Part shown: positions 1-10,393 of the stretch, in pieces | Layout: the number at the start of each line of letters is the position of its first letter | Numbering within the stretch: the first letter of the stretch is position 1 | Assembly: GCA_003707115.1 (NCBI GenBank) | Contig: PPNB01000027.1 | Span: 1-64,000, forward strand | DNA from: Tortispora ganteri | Lineage: Eukaryota | Reading direction: 5' to 3' | DNA: 64,000 nucleotides | Notes under the pieces: model-generated | Told to the model about the DNA's origin: nothing | The model's input: only the letters and a program-made list of their open reading frames with translations | Database searches by the model: none | Made by a program: the position numbers and the translations under genes

Positions 1-226
1 CGATCTATAACCACCCGCCCATGTGATGCCTCGTGTTACGCAGTCTGTCCTCAGGATGCTTCGGGCTATGGCTGCCTCCTATGCACTTGGATTCGCCGAC
101 CCAGGTTGCATCTCTTTTGTAGCCCAGCTTTTCTTCTCGTTGGAAGGCTTGTTCTATTTTTGCTCCATTCTTAACATGATTGGCGACGCAGTTATTGATA
201 ATGCGAACCTTACTAACACATATCAG

Positions 227-3148
227 CGCTCTTCTAGTAGTAGTAACCTTGCAGCCGCTAGTGCAGCTAGGTCTGTTATGTCAAGCTCAGCTACAAACCG
301 TCCATCCTCTGCCCTTTCGAGTGCTGCTGCTGCTGCTGCCCTCCGTGGATCGCCATCAATGTCTAACGTAAACGTGCGACCGGCTTCCTCAATTTCTCAT
401 TCAACCCTTCCTCCACCAGCCTCTACCAAGAAGCCTGGATTCATTCGACAAATGTCGCTAACTTTGTCTTCTTCTAAATCTTTAGCGAAATTCAGGAGCG
501 ACCATGAAAATGAACAGAAATCCTCTGTGCCAACCTCATCATATAAGGAACGACGTGTTTCCATGTGCGAACGTTCTCTTCGGCCTTCTTCGGCACTGAG
601 TAATAAAAGCGATACAGCCGCTAGTAAAAGTGCACCTAACACAGTAAGTTTCGGCAGATCGATGAGCATGACCTCTGCCACTACGAATAAGCTTCCTCAG
701 CCTTCAGAACGTCAACGACGAACTGAAATAGCAAAAAAATCGTCTGACACAAAACTAAGAGACTCCGCTAGGAACTCTCTTCCGCCAACTTCATATGCTG
801 GAAGCATACGCTCTCTTGATAGTGACCTCAACTCGATAGCTGAAGAACCTACATCGCCTTCAAATAGGAATCTCAAACCTGCTCGCTCAGCATTGCGTGA
901 ACCTTCTAAGCCTGCAAGTATTGTTTCCTCCCAAGATTCGTCTAGCTCAAGCAAAAAGAAAAACAGAGTCTCCTTCTCTGATGAAGGATCACTGCACAAA
1001 GCTCGTCCCCATACTGCGTTGGGTACTGTATCGTCTACTGCCCGCACCTATATCTATACTCCGAAAACACAAGTCAAATATGTGCCTTCCAAATATGGTC
1101 TGATTAAAGTTGAAGAAGATGTCACTGAACCACCTCCCCTTCGTGCCCCTGGCTCCACCCCTCGATCAAAACGCGGCCCATCACGTCTTCAGCCGCAACC
1201 TTCGCTCAGAAATGGTGGAACTGGCGGTTTGAATACTACTGCCAACAACGTTAATAGTAATAGACTCTCTGGAACTTTCATGTCTAGAACTGTGTCTATG
1301 CCTAGTGTCAATCCAAGGCATTCTCTTCCTGCTTCTACGACCATGCCTTCTTTGAAGGACGCACTCAATTCTACGTCCGCATCTTCGGCTGCAGCTGCTA
1401 CTAGCGTTGCTCGCTCAAATTCTGTCAGGGCTGCGAGTAGTAGCGCTAGCAAGAAAACACTAAAGGGTTCTGCTACCGCTGCCGCTGCTTTGAGCATTGG
1501 TGGTGTAAGGAAACCCCTGGATAGAGCTTCTTCTGACTCTTCTGTATATACTGACGCTTCTGAGCGCCCGGTAAACCCTAAAAGCAATCGCCTGCCGGAA
1601 TCAGGATCAGGAACGAAAAATGAAGTCTCTAACCCCTCTTATCGAAAGGAAGCTGATAACGTTACCAACATGTCAGTTGATGGAAATGACGTACCTCTAG
1701 AAGAGGCATATGCTACTGTGTCAGCTGTAGTTTCTGCCCCATCTCCCGAGCCTATCGTTATAGAAATCCCTCAATCATCCCCTGAAATAAAAGAAGAAGT
1801 TGATTTAAAAGCAAATAAGGATGAAGAGAAGCCTATTGCTGTCTCCATTGACACCACAGAGCCACCTGTCGATCACCTACCTGCAACAACCACTGAAGTG
1901 ACTTCCGCAGATGTAGAATCTGTTGATCTAAACGCGGAATCAAGTGAACGTCTATCTACAGATCCTTCACAGCCTGATACAGATGATTCTCGGGACATGG
2001 AACATATTAATACTGAACCACAGATAGTTCAGGACGATGAGCCAACCTTGCCGGATATTTATTCGAAGAAATCTGAGGTAACCAAAGAGGCTACTAAGAC
2101 TCAGATAGACCGCGAAAAGGTTCGGCAAAACATTATGACTTTACATGATGTTCATGATGTTCCTGCTGGCATGTATTATCATGATGGTATGCCTGAGCCT
2201 ACAGATCCTGGTGCTCTGTCCGATGACTCCGAGTCATCCTTTAGAAAGCTGTCCGGTAAGCCTGCTAAACAAATTTCTGGGGGTCGCATAAGTTCTCCTC
2301 CCGGACCTAGCATCAAACTTGCAAACAATGTTGATGCTTCTCATAAATTAAACTCACAGCGCACTTATTCTATCACTAAGGTGAATTCAGGAAGGCCAAG
2401 CTCTCGTCAGAGCATCGCATCGTCTTTCACTAGCAATGATATGCACAGGGCCTCATTAGATTTTCAGGTTGCAGCGTACGCTAAGGCTATAAGCAAGCAT
2501 TCATCAATGCAAGTTACTCCGGGGCTGCAAAGAACTGGTTCTGATTCTAGCTTTAAGAGAGAACGCAGAGAAACAAACACAGGTGGATTTAAAACGATGA
2601 GCATGCGGGATAGAGGACATTCTAGCGCATCTAATCATCTCTCAGGAAGATATGTCAGGAGCAATTCTATGATCCACTCTGACGTCGATTATTATGCATT
2701 GTCTGCCACTCAAAGCCCTAAAACAGGCCACTTCAGCCGACTTAGAAGATTATCTACGAGCACTCAAGACAATGTGCCGCGCTTCATTTCTCGCATTCAA
2801 GATTCCGATTCTGATGAAGATTACGCTGTCCCTAACGTTGAGTATTCCTCCGCTATTAGTACTGAGCAAGAGAAGCCCCATTCTTCTGGGGGCATTACCA
2901 GCAAGCTATTTAGCACGCCGAAGACCAGCTCTTACAAGCAGCATAAATTGTCTAAGAAGCAAAAGTCACAGAAACCTATTAACCATCATAGTGGTGCTGG
3001 TTCTCTCACTGCTGAAGATATTCAAAGGGATGCTGCTCTTATGGCGCAGGAGTTTTATCATACAGAAATGTGCGGTAATCCAACAGCATATCCAGTTAAG
3101 AAGAAGAAATTTAAAGGGTTACGCAAACTATTTGGTCTGGATACCTAG
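227..3148 (+). CDS. Ser/Ala-rich, largely disordered protein, probably eisosome scaffold Seg1/Seg2-like; last exon only, first exon not located
   Basis: Long low-complexity ORF with an AAAAAALR-type N-terminal patch, a KKNRVSF motif and a basic amphipathic C-terminus KKKKFKGLRKLFGL. TACTAAC at 211-217 and CAG at 224-226 mark an intron 3' end in phase with the ORF, so the ORF-track start at 23 is probably wrong. Confidence 0.5.
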   Translation, partial: RSSSSSNLAAASAARSVMSSSATNRPSSALSSAAAAAALRGSPSMSNVNVRPASSISHSTLPPPASTKKPGFIRQMSLTLSSSKSLAKFRSDHENEQKSSVPTSSYKERRVSMCERSLRPSSALSNKSDTAASKSAPNTVSFGRSMSMTSATTNKLPQPSERQRRTEIAKKSSDTKLRDSARNSLPPTSYAGSIRSLDSDLNSIAEEPTSPSNRNLKPARSALREPSKPASIVSSQDSSSSSKKKNRVSFSDEGSLHKARPHTALGTVSSTARTYIYTPKTQVKYVPSKYGLIKVEEDVTEPPPLRAPGSTPRSKRGPSRLQPQPSLRNGGTGGLNTTANNVNSNRLSGTFMSRTVSMPSVNPRHSLPASTTMPSLKDALNSTSASSAAAATSVARSNSVRAASSSASKKTLKGSATAAAALSIGGVRKPLDRASSDSSVYTDASERPVNPKSNRLPESGSGTKNEVSNPSYRKEADNVTNMSVDGNDVPLEEAYATVSAVVSAPSPEPIVIEIPQSSPEIKEEVDLKANKDEEKPIAVSIDTTEPPVDHLPATTTEVTSADVESVDLNAESSERLSTDPSQPDTDDSRDMEHINTEPQIVQDDEPTLPDIYSKKSEVTKEATKTQIDREKVRQNIMTLHDVHDVPAGMYYHDGMPEPTDPGALSDDSESSFRKLSGKPAKQISGGRISSPPGPSIKLANNVDASHKLNSQRTYSITKVNSGRPSSRQSIASSFTSNDMHRASLDFQVAAYAKAISKHSSMQVTPGLQRTGSDSSFKRERRETNTGGFKTMSMRDRGHSSASNHLSGRYVRSNSMIHSDVDYYALSATQSPKTGHFSRLRRLSTSTQDNVPRFISRIQDSDSDEDYAVPNVEYSSAISTEQEKPHSSGGITSKLFSTPKTSSYKQHKLSKKQKSQKPINHHSGAGSLTAEDIQRDAALMAQEFYHTEMCGNPTAYPVKKKKFKGLRKLFGLDT

Positions 3149-3388
3149 ATTTCCTGGCGTTACAAATTTCAAAAAGAATACCTCTTTGGTTTATTTGTCA
3201 ATTTTCTACGGTATCATTGTACTCTATCGTTTATTATCTGTTATTGTTATTATTATTACAATTGCATAAGTATTATATTCCACAATGGTAATCTCATGTA
3301 TTCGTTGCTATGGAAATGTGTATGGCCAATTAAAGGTATTGAGATGCTGCACCGATACGGCCACTGACAATTCGACTCTATTCCGATA

Positions 3389-3709
3389 ATGAAGCCAGAA
3401 CTCTTCAAACAGCCGTTAAAGGTATGTATTTTTTGTCTAAAAGGTATTTAACTCTTTTTTAAAGTATATTAATAACATTTATAGTATATGCGATGGTGCG
3501 CACATCACTATCCGGCGTACTTCTTCTCTCTTTTACTCGGATTTTCGTTCCCTGTAGCAGCTTTAGCTGTCACTCCTCTGAGAAGAAAATACTTGTATGA
3601 TGATCATATCCCTATCCCTCGTACATATCCTTTGCCTCAGCGTGCCCGAGAGCCATTGACTGGCTTTGACGACGACGACAAGGACTTCGCTAAATACCTT
3701 AAGAACTAA
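3389..3709 (+). CDS. NADH:ubiquinone oxidoreductase 9.5 kDa accessory subunit (NI9M/NDUFA3-like); exons 3389-3421 and 3485-3709
   Basis: Intron 3422-3484 (GTATGT...AATAAC...TAG). Spliced protein MKPELFKQPLKYMRWCAHHYPAYFFS...IPRTYPLPQRAREPLTGFDD matches the fungal 9.5 kDa subunit pattern. Confidence 0.88.
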
Positions 3710-3859
3710 ACCTCCCTGCAGTTTCTCTGCATACCTACACTTCCACAGAGCGACCGCATTTTATGACCCCTTTCCTAGAAATCTATCAATAAATATGGGT
3801 TTATTTTTTTTATTTGATATGCAATAATTCATATTTGTTTCTTTATTTTCGTAACTAGA

Positions 3860-6586
3860 CTATGAATCAAATTCTACAAGATTCTTTGAAGATTCCGGTG
3901 CAGTGAATACCGATGTAGTGTTCGTAATTTTTCCTGCCGCTGAAATATCGCCCAGTCCTGTGTCAGTGATTTCCGCATTGGAGAGTAGATCTAGGTCGTT
4001 CTGATTCGCATGCTCATTGTCTTCCTCGTCGTCGTTGTCAGCAACACTAGAGTAAGTGGTTATGGTAGTCGTGTACTGATTCGTTGCGTCTGATCCTGCT
4101 TGGTTGCGACTCAAAAGTCCGTCAACAAGGTCTCGAAGCGTCAAAGATTTTGCTTGGCTTTGAGAAAGTGGCTTTAGACGCACAGATGCTGCAAGGTCGG
4201 TAGAAAACAGTTTCTCGAGCATTTCGTCAGCCAGTATTATCATTCGGAAAGTCGGTAAGGTGATGTGAAGAGGGTGATTCGGATCTAATGCAGCATTAGC
4301 AGTGATCTTGTCTGAAGAGCTGTCTTTAGAGGTGTTACTAGACTCTACTGGAGTTGTCTCTGTAGGTGTTGCATAATCAAACGCCCTTTTAATAAAATCA
4401 GACACAGCTCCGAGGTAAGTCTCGCCCGGAACAGGCAGGGCACTACTCTGTTGCCCATTGCTATCAACCGATATTTGTCCAGCCGCCACCGGATTGCCCA
4501 TGAATGCAGTTGTATAAGAAGTTTTCTTAGTCACAGTATTCCTCCTAGTTGGTTTTGAATGATTACTCTGTCCAGACTTCTCATTGCTAGATTGGCGTGG
4601 GCTCTGTACTTCTTCTTCAATCTTTAAGGTGATCCAATGACGCGTGATGAACAAAAATCCTTCAGACATTTGCAAAATTCCATCTCTATCAACGCATCCA
4701 TCTTCATCTTCGTCGTACAAGTTAAAGAAATATTCCATTGATGCCATTATATCTGACTCTTTAAGACGAGCAAGTCCAATGACAACCTGCTGCAGTGTTA
4801 ACTCCTCGCTAAAGCCAGAATCGTTCTTGCACCAATTTCTGTAGAGGCGATTAAGGAAATCATGCGAATCAGTAGCCCAGTCTGTAATATTAGACATAAA
4901 GTATATAAATGCCTGAAAGTCCATGCTTGTTCTTTCGGATCCCATACCAATACGTGAAGTTTGAATGGCTTGGTGAAACCTGTCATAAATAATGCCTATA
5001 TCATCAGAAGAGAATTTTCCAGGATTCAACAAATTACGCAGCTGAGTGCGTTTAGCAAATGATTCAATGCCTTCCAAAACTGAATTGTTATGTTTCTGTC
5101 GGTGTTTTGCAATCATATCCTCCGTAATGACTGAAAATTCTTTAAAGGCCACTACCAGTAGCTCTTGGAATTTGGTAATAGCTCTGATCCTTTCATGTCT
5201 CGAATTAGGGTGAGCGGAATCGCCAAGATGGTTGAAATAGTCCTTTATAATGGATATAAAGGCTCCATCGTCACTGGCGTCTAGAAGTTCTTCGCCATTG
5301 ATTCGCAGTATCGCAAGTGCAATTTGGAACAATACCCTTGGACCTTCCAAGAAAAGTACATCGACTACTCTGAACGCAAAAACAAGAGGCATCGAATTAA
5401 TGAACAAAGACAAAAACCAAGGTAATGATACGACAGAGAGCTGAACATCTTGTTTCACTAAATGGTCCCACAATATAGGCATAGTCTTCTCAACCAGGGA
5501 TTCAAAAACCTTCTGATCCAGTAGGACACCGTACATTGTCTTGGAGTAGTACCCCGGAATATAGTCATTACACAGTTTTGTCAAGAGCCAGTAAGCCTGT
5601 TCTTCTGACATGTAAATCAGAAACCCAGCCACGACGATGTTCATTGCCTGACAGTATCCAACCTCGACATTTTCGAACGCATACACTTGCAAAACACGTC
5701 TCAGGCGATCTATGCCTTCTGAATCAAGGTAGCCCGGATACTCTGGTAAAGAGCGGTTGAGATCTTTTTCTATCTCTTCGACAGCGACAGAATCCCTGCC
5801 CTGGTATTTCTTGACTAGGAGCTGGTAGTTTCCTGCGTTTTCAGATCTGAGTCTGGAAGATCCCGACAGAAGTTCCCAGAGCTCTCCACGGAGTCTGTTT
5901 GGTAGCCCTATGCGCACGAGCTTGTAAAACGTAGGAGATCGCGCAATTGTGACGTTACGGCCATGACCCTGGAAGTAGTCTGCCCATAGCCGCATTTTGG
6001 ACTTGTCGCGCAGTTTGCGTGGGTCACCGGGATAGTGATAAATTTGTCCGAGGCCTCCCGGAGGCACAGGTCCCTTTCTGTCAGACATAAGATACTCTGA
6101 GTAGAATGTAGCTATAAAAGCTTTCATGTCTTTCATTGATTTAACGTTTTCGCGAAGCTGCTGTTTCAGGATCTCACAGAACTCTTCAGCCAACTGGTGG
6201 GAGACGGTGAAGTGGCAGGCGATTTTGATCTGATGCAGTGTCAAAAACGAAATAACATAGGCATAACTAGGAGATGCGAGTCTTTCTAGTCGCTTGACGG
6301 AGCTCAGAGGGATTGCAAAAAGGCATGCTCTGTTTGAATCCGACTTAAAGCATATGTAATTTTCAGACAAGTAAAGCTTCCCCGGAAATGTAGGTACTTG
6401 CGATGGCGTCGATACTGTTGGTGAAAGGGCAAATTCTGCAGTTACAGATGCAAGGATGTGCTGTGATCGCGGTAAAGCAAAGAAAGCTCTGAAAGCCGCG
6501 TCCTTAGCGGAGTTGGACTGGGGTTCGTCGAAGATAACGTTCCGCGCAGCGACTGCTTTGTCCTTCAGAGAGGCCAGAAAAGACAT
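3860..6586 (-). CDS. MDR1: Rab GTPase-activating protein with GRAM, TBC and EF-hand domains (Gyp2/Mdr1)
   Basis: TBC motifs IEKDLNRSLP and GYCQAMN, N-terminal GRAM-like region, EF-hand YDEDEDGCVDRD. Confidence 0.9.
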   Translation of the reverse strand: MSFLASLKDKAVAARNVIFDEPQSNSAKDAAFRAFFALPRSQHILASVTAEFALSPTVSTPSQVPTFPGKLYLSENYICFKSDSNRACLFAIPLSSVKRLERLASPSYAYVISFLTLHQIKIACHFTVSHQLAEEFCEILKQQLRENVKSMKDMKAFIATFYSEYLMSDRKGPVPPGGLGQIYHYPGDPRKLRDKSKMRLWADYFQGHGRNVTIARSPTFYKLVRIGLPNRLRGELWELLSGSSRLRSENAGNYQLLVKKYQGRDSVAVEEIEKDLNRSLPEYPGYLDSEGIDRLRRVLQVYAFENVEVGYCQAMNIVVAGFLIYMSEEQAYWLLTKLCNDYIPGYYSKTMYGVLLDQKVFESLVEKTMPILWDHLVKQDVQLSVVSLPWFLSLFINSMPLVFAFRVVDVLFLEGPRVLFQIALAILRINGEELLDASDDGAFISIIKDYFNHLGDSAHPNSRHERIRAITKFQELLVVAFKEFSVITEDMIAKHRQKHNNSVLEGIESFAKRTQLRNLLNPGKFSSDDIGIIYDRFHQAIQTSRIGMGSERTSMDFQAFIYFMSNITDWATDSHDFLNRLYRNWCKNDSGFSEELTLQQVVIGLARLKESDIMASMEYFFNLYDEDEDGCVDRDGILQMSEGFLFITRHWITLKIEEEVQSPRQSSNEKSGQSNHSKPTRRNTVTKKTSYTTAFMGNPVAAGQISVDSNGQQSSALPVPGETYLGAVSDFIKRAFDYATPTETTPVESSNTSKDSSSDKITANAALDPNHPLHITLPTFRMIILADEMLEKLFSTDLAASVRLKPLSQSQAKSLTLRDLVDGLLSRNQAGSDATNQYTTTITTYSSVADNDDEEDNEHANQNDLDLLSNAEITDTGLGDISAAGKITNTTSVFTAPESSKNLVEFDS

Positions 6587-6917
6587 CGTACGCTAATTGA
6601 TATTAAAAGAGTAGCAATTGGCAGCTAATAACGCGTTTTAATGTCAACTCTGCTAGTACCGAGGGGGCGGGGGCGTTTAGTGGTAAGAATAAAGCAACAA
6701 TTTGAGTTCTCGTAATGCGAAAAAGTGTTGTCAAGGAGAGGAAATTCCAAGGAAAGTCAACTAATATGACTTCCATCTAGGTTCTTATAATAGATATAAT
6801 TGTATATTTACCTGAATTAAGTAATATTTTGGGTTTCTTTTATTTAAAAAACATCTATTCATCATTTTCAAACTACCACTGATACGTACATTGCTATTTA
6901 CAACCAGACTGCACTCA

Positions 6918-8144
6918 ATGAGTTACAGTATAGTTGGTGCATTGTTCTGTCAAAAGGATTCCTACCGCAAAACGTTGGACTCACATGTTATCGAATGTAG
7001 AAAGAACGGCAAACATTACGAATTGCTTCTACATGATACAATTGTGTTTCCCGAGGGTGGAGGTCAACCTTGCGATATTGCCGAACTAACACTCGCTGAC
7101 GGCAGATCGATCCAGATCACTGAATGCAAACGTGATAAGCTGAAAGCTTATCACATCGTCAATGAACCACTCGATCCACATACACCGGTCTCAATTTCTC
7201 TAGACTGGCAGCGTCGCTATGACCATATGCAACAACACACTGCCCAACATCTCGTATCAGCAATATTTGATCAACTCGATCTGCACACCCTATCCTGGAA
7301 CATGGGTGACCCTTTCTGCTACATCGAACTACCCCGCAAAGTCACCAACGACGAAGTAGCTCTGGCGCAGCAACGGATCGACAGTGCGATCTCTCAGGCT
7401 ATCGCTATATCCGTTGAGACGCCCGAACACAATATAGCACCCACAAGCAAGCTCCCAGAAGACTACGATGCCGAGAAAGGCGTGGTTCGCATTATAAAGA
7501 TCGGAAACCTGGATGCTAACCCCTGTTGTGGTACCCATCTCAAGTCTACGCACGAAATAGGCTCTATTGTTCTTCTCCACCAGACAGCAGTTCGCGGCAC
7601 TAATTCTCGTCTTCATTTTGTTGCCGGATGCAGAGTTCCGAAATACCTCAACAGCTTGAACCAGCTCGCTCGAACACTCAACACTCGTCTCTCTTGCCAA
7701 CAGTCCGACATTGTCGACAAGATAGACGCTTTGCAGTTGAAACTTAAAGACACAACTAGGGCTGCCAAAATATACTCCTCTTTAGCTGCTCAAATAGAAC
7801 TCGAAAGAATGAAAAATGTCAAACCTGGCGACTTCTTCCTAGTTTTCAGACCTGAATCTTCTGCTTTCGCATCTGAGTATATCCAGACAGTTATGACCGC
7901 CGCAAAAGACGTAGAGTTCACTCTTATTGCAATTGCAGCCGATCCAGATACCGGAGGCTCTGTCACCTGCATAGGCCCCAATGCCACAGAGGCCGCGGAA
8001 TGCGTTAAAGCCGCGTTTCCAACTGTCAAAGGCGGCGGCAAAGGTTCACGTTGGCAAGGAAAACTTGCTAAGTTCCCTAAAGCATCTACTGACGAGTTAT
8101 ATAGCAATCTAGAATCAAAGTTTAGGGAAATATCGTTAGCATAA
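6918..8144 (+). CDS. Free-standing alanyl-tRNA editing protein (AlaX family, YNL040W-like)
   Basis: FPEGGGQP, HMQQHTAQH, CCGTH zinc ligands and C-terminal KGGGKG. First ATG at 6918. Confidence 0.9.
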   Translation: MSYSIVGALFCQKDSYRKTLDSHVIECRKNGKHYELLLHDTIVFPEGGGQPCDIAELTLADGRSIQITECKRDKLKAYHIVNEPLDPHTPVSISLDWQRRYDHMQQHTAQHLVSAIFDQLDLHTLSWNMGDPFCYIELPRKVTNDEVALAQQRIDSAISQAIAISVETPEHNIAPTSKLPEDYDAEKGVVRIIKIGNLDANPCCGTHLKSTHEIGSIVLLHQTAVRGTNSRLHFVAGCRVPKYLNSLNQLARTLNTRLSCQQSDIVDKIDALQLKLKDTTRAAKIYSSLAAQIELERMKNVKPGDFFLVFRPESSAFASEYIQTVMTAAKDVEFTLIAIAADPDTGGSVTCIGPNATEAAECVKAAFPTVKGGGKGSRWQGKLAKFPKASTDELYSNLESKFREISLA

Positions 8145-8232
8145 TAGGAATCTTTATACACGTTCTATAGATTCATTCATTAGTAGATAGTAGATATTGT
8201 CATAACGTAAAGAGAAATGTCTCGAAATTTGT

Positions 8233-9774
8233 TCATGGATGTGTTCGAGCTGCCACATGCTCAACAGCAGGCTTCTCTTCTGTAGAGCAAGCTGACCCTG
8301 CATGACGGATGCTTATACCGGAGTTAACAGTAGGTTTCCTGGCTGGCCAGATTATAATCTTGTATCCGCTCTCTTCGAACATTTGTTCCACTTTTTCTAG
8401 CGGGACCCCGCGAGTTTCCGGGAACGTGAACAGAGCTTGCAAGGCCGCCACAATGCAGAAAGTGGCAAAGATGAGGAATGTTTTCCATTGTATATTCTCA
8501 AACGCTGGCGGGACATAAAAGGCCAGAAGACTATTCATGAGCCAATTGGTTGACACGCTAATCCCATTGGCGACAGCACGGGTTCGCAGTGGAAATATTT
8601 CTGACGGATAAATCCAGCTTAGTGGAGCGATACTGCAAGCAAAAAATGCGACAAATAGCATTGAAAAAGCAATTGATAAATAAGCAGCTGGACCTTCTAC
8701 GATCCAATGGATATGGGGGTTTCCTGCCACTGAATCCGTATATCTGCCCATACTGCCCATCAATCCTGCTGTGAGACTGAGACATATAGCCATGCAAAGG
8801 AATCCTCCAACAATAACTTTCCTGCGACCTGCTGAATCAATCCAAAGTACTGCTGGAATGGTAGCAGCCATGTTAACGACATACTGAATACTGGATGAGA
8901 TCAGCATAGTGTTTCCCGATAGGCCTGCCATCTGGCATATAAAAACAATATAGTACATAAGCGCATTGCAACCCGTCATCTGAGACCAAACTTGCATTGA
9001 CACGCCAATTATTGTTCTGGATCTCATCTTTCTAGAGAAAAGTTGTCGGATAGCTACGCTGAAAGGGACGCTTTCTTGACGGCTGGCGGACAGTTCCAAG
9101 TCGGATATTGCAGCGGTAACCTCATCCGGTGGAAGAAGACCTTCAAGTGTTTCAATTGCTTGGTCTTTGTGGCCATGTTGTGCAAGCCAGTGGGGTGACT
9201 CCGGAATTAATGGAAGTAAACTGCTCATAAGAATAGCTGGAAGCAGTTGTATTGCCCAGGCTGTGCGAAAGGACCAATTTCCTGGAATATATGAGCAACC
9301 ATATGCAATATAAAACATAATTAAGATGCCCCAGGTTATGGACCATTGCTGAATTGCGATAAGGCGACCTCTAATACGGTCAGGTGCCAACTCTACTATG
9401 TAGGTGGGTATTTGAGAGCTTGTTGCACCCACGGCAAAACCTTTGACGATTCTAGCTGCAATTAACATAGCAGTATTCTGACATGTTATTGCCAGAATAC
9501 TGCCTATATACCAAAAGGCTAATGCTGACTGAAGAGCTTTATTCCTACCGATGACATCTGATGCCGACCCTGAACCTAAAGCGCCAAAGAGGGCGCCCAT
9601 AGGCATTCCGGCCATGATAAATCCTTGCATAGCTGAAGATGGGTGGTTGAAATAAGTCAAGTAACGTTCATCGGCCACGAATGCTGAGAGTGAAGATACG
9701 TCTGTTCCGAAGAGGAATCCTCCGAGTGTAGCAATTGCTACTATTGCATAAATATTATAAATCTTATAGCCCAT
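8233..9774 (-). CDS. MFS sugar porter, high-affinity glucose transporter HGT1-like
   Basis: Multi-TM protein with GFLFGTD, IQQWSITWGILIMFYI, PESP, QMTGCN and PETRG motifs. Confidence 0.88.
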   Translation of the reverse strand: MGYKIYNIYAIVAIATLGGFLFGTDVSSLSAFVADERYLTYFNHPSSAMQGFIMAGMPMGALFGALGSGSASDVIGRNKALQSALAFWYIGSILAITCQNTAMLIAARIVKGFAVGATSSQIPTYIVELAPDRIRGRLIAIQQWSITWGILIMFYIAYGCSYIPGNWSFRTAWAIQLLPAILMSSLLPLIPESPHWLAQHGHKDQAIETLEGLLPPDEVTAAISDLELSASRQESVPFSVAIRQLFSRKMRSRTIIGVSMQVWSQMTGCNALMYYIVFICQMAGLSGNTMLISSSIQYVVNMAATIPAVLWIDSAGRRKVIVGGFLCMAICLSLTAGLMGSMGRYTDSVAGNPHIHWIVEGPAAYLSIAFSMLFVAFFACSIAPLSWIYPSEIFPLRTRAVANGISVSTNWLMNSLLAFYVPPAFENIQWKTFLIFATFCIVAALQALFTFPETRGVPLEKVEQMFEESGYKIIIWPARKPTVNSGISIRHAGSACSTEEKPAVEHVAARTHP

Positions 9775-10393
9775 TGATAACTATTAGATGAGATCTGGAG
9801 TGAATATAAAGAATGTGGAAGCTAGTGAGTTATTTATATACACTTCTTATTTGTAGACCGCAGGACAGCCCAACCAAACCTTTCAGGGCCGTTTGTTTAC
9901 CCTTTCGATGACAGAGACCCTTATTGTTGAATGCCTTACTAGTCCCCAGAAAGCAATCAACGCTACAGATACCGGTGAAATCCCTGATTCTAATAAAGTG
10001 ATGAGTACTTATATGTGCTGCAAGGATGCCGCACAACCCATGATCCGGCACTACTCTTATCTTAGCGAGTAGACACCATTCCTAATAAGGAGTCCTAACT
10101 TCAACAGGATCCTGATGCGCTATGCTGACCATTCGCGCGATTAGTTTACACTAATCAGGGTCTTTTAACACGATTCAATGAGGGTGTGTTTCCTGATTTG
10201 GAAATTTAGTCGAGGAAAAAAGTTTGATCGATCAATATGTGATCCAGGATGGGAAACTCGTCCATGATATAAACACTAAAGTGGCAGCTTGTGCAACCAT
10301 ATAGATAAGGAGAAAAAATAAAAAGAATAATTTACTGCGTGAGTCATAAAGGGATAGAGTAGTAGTGGATTACAAAAGAGCGAGAAAAAGTAT

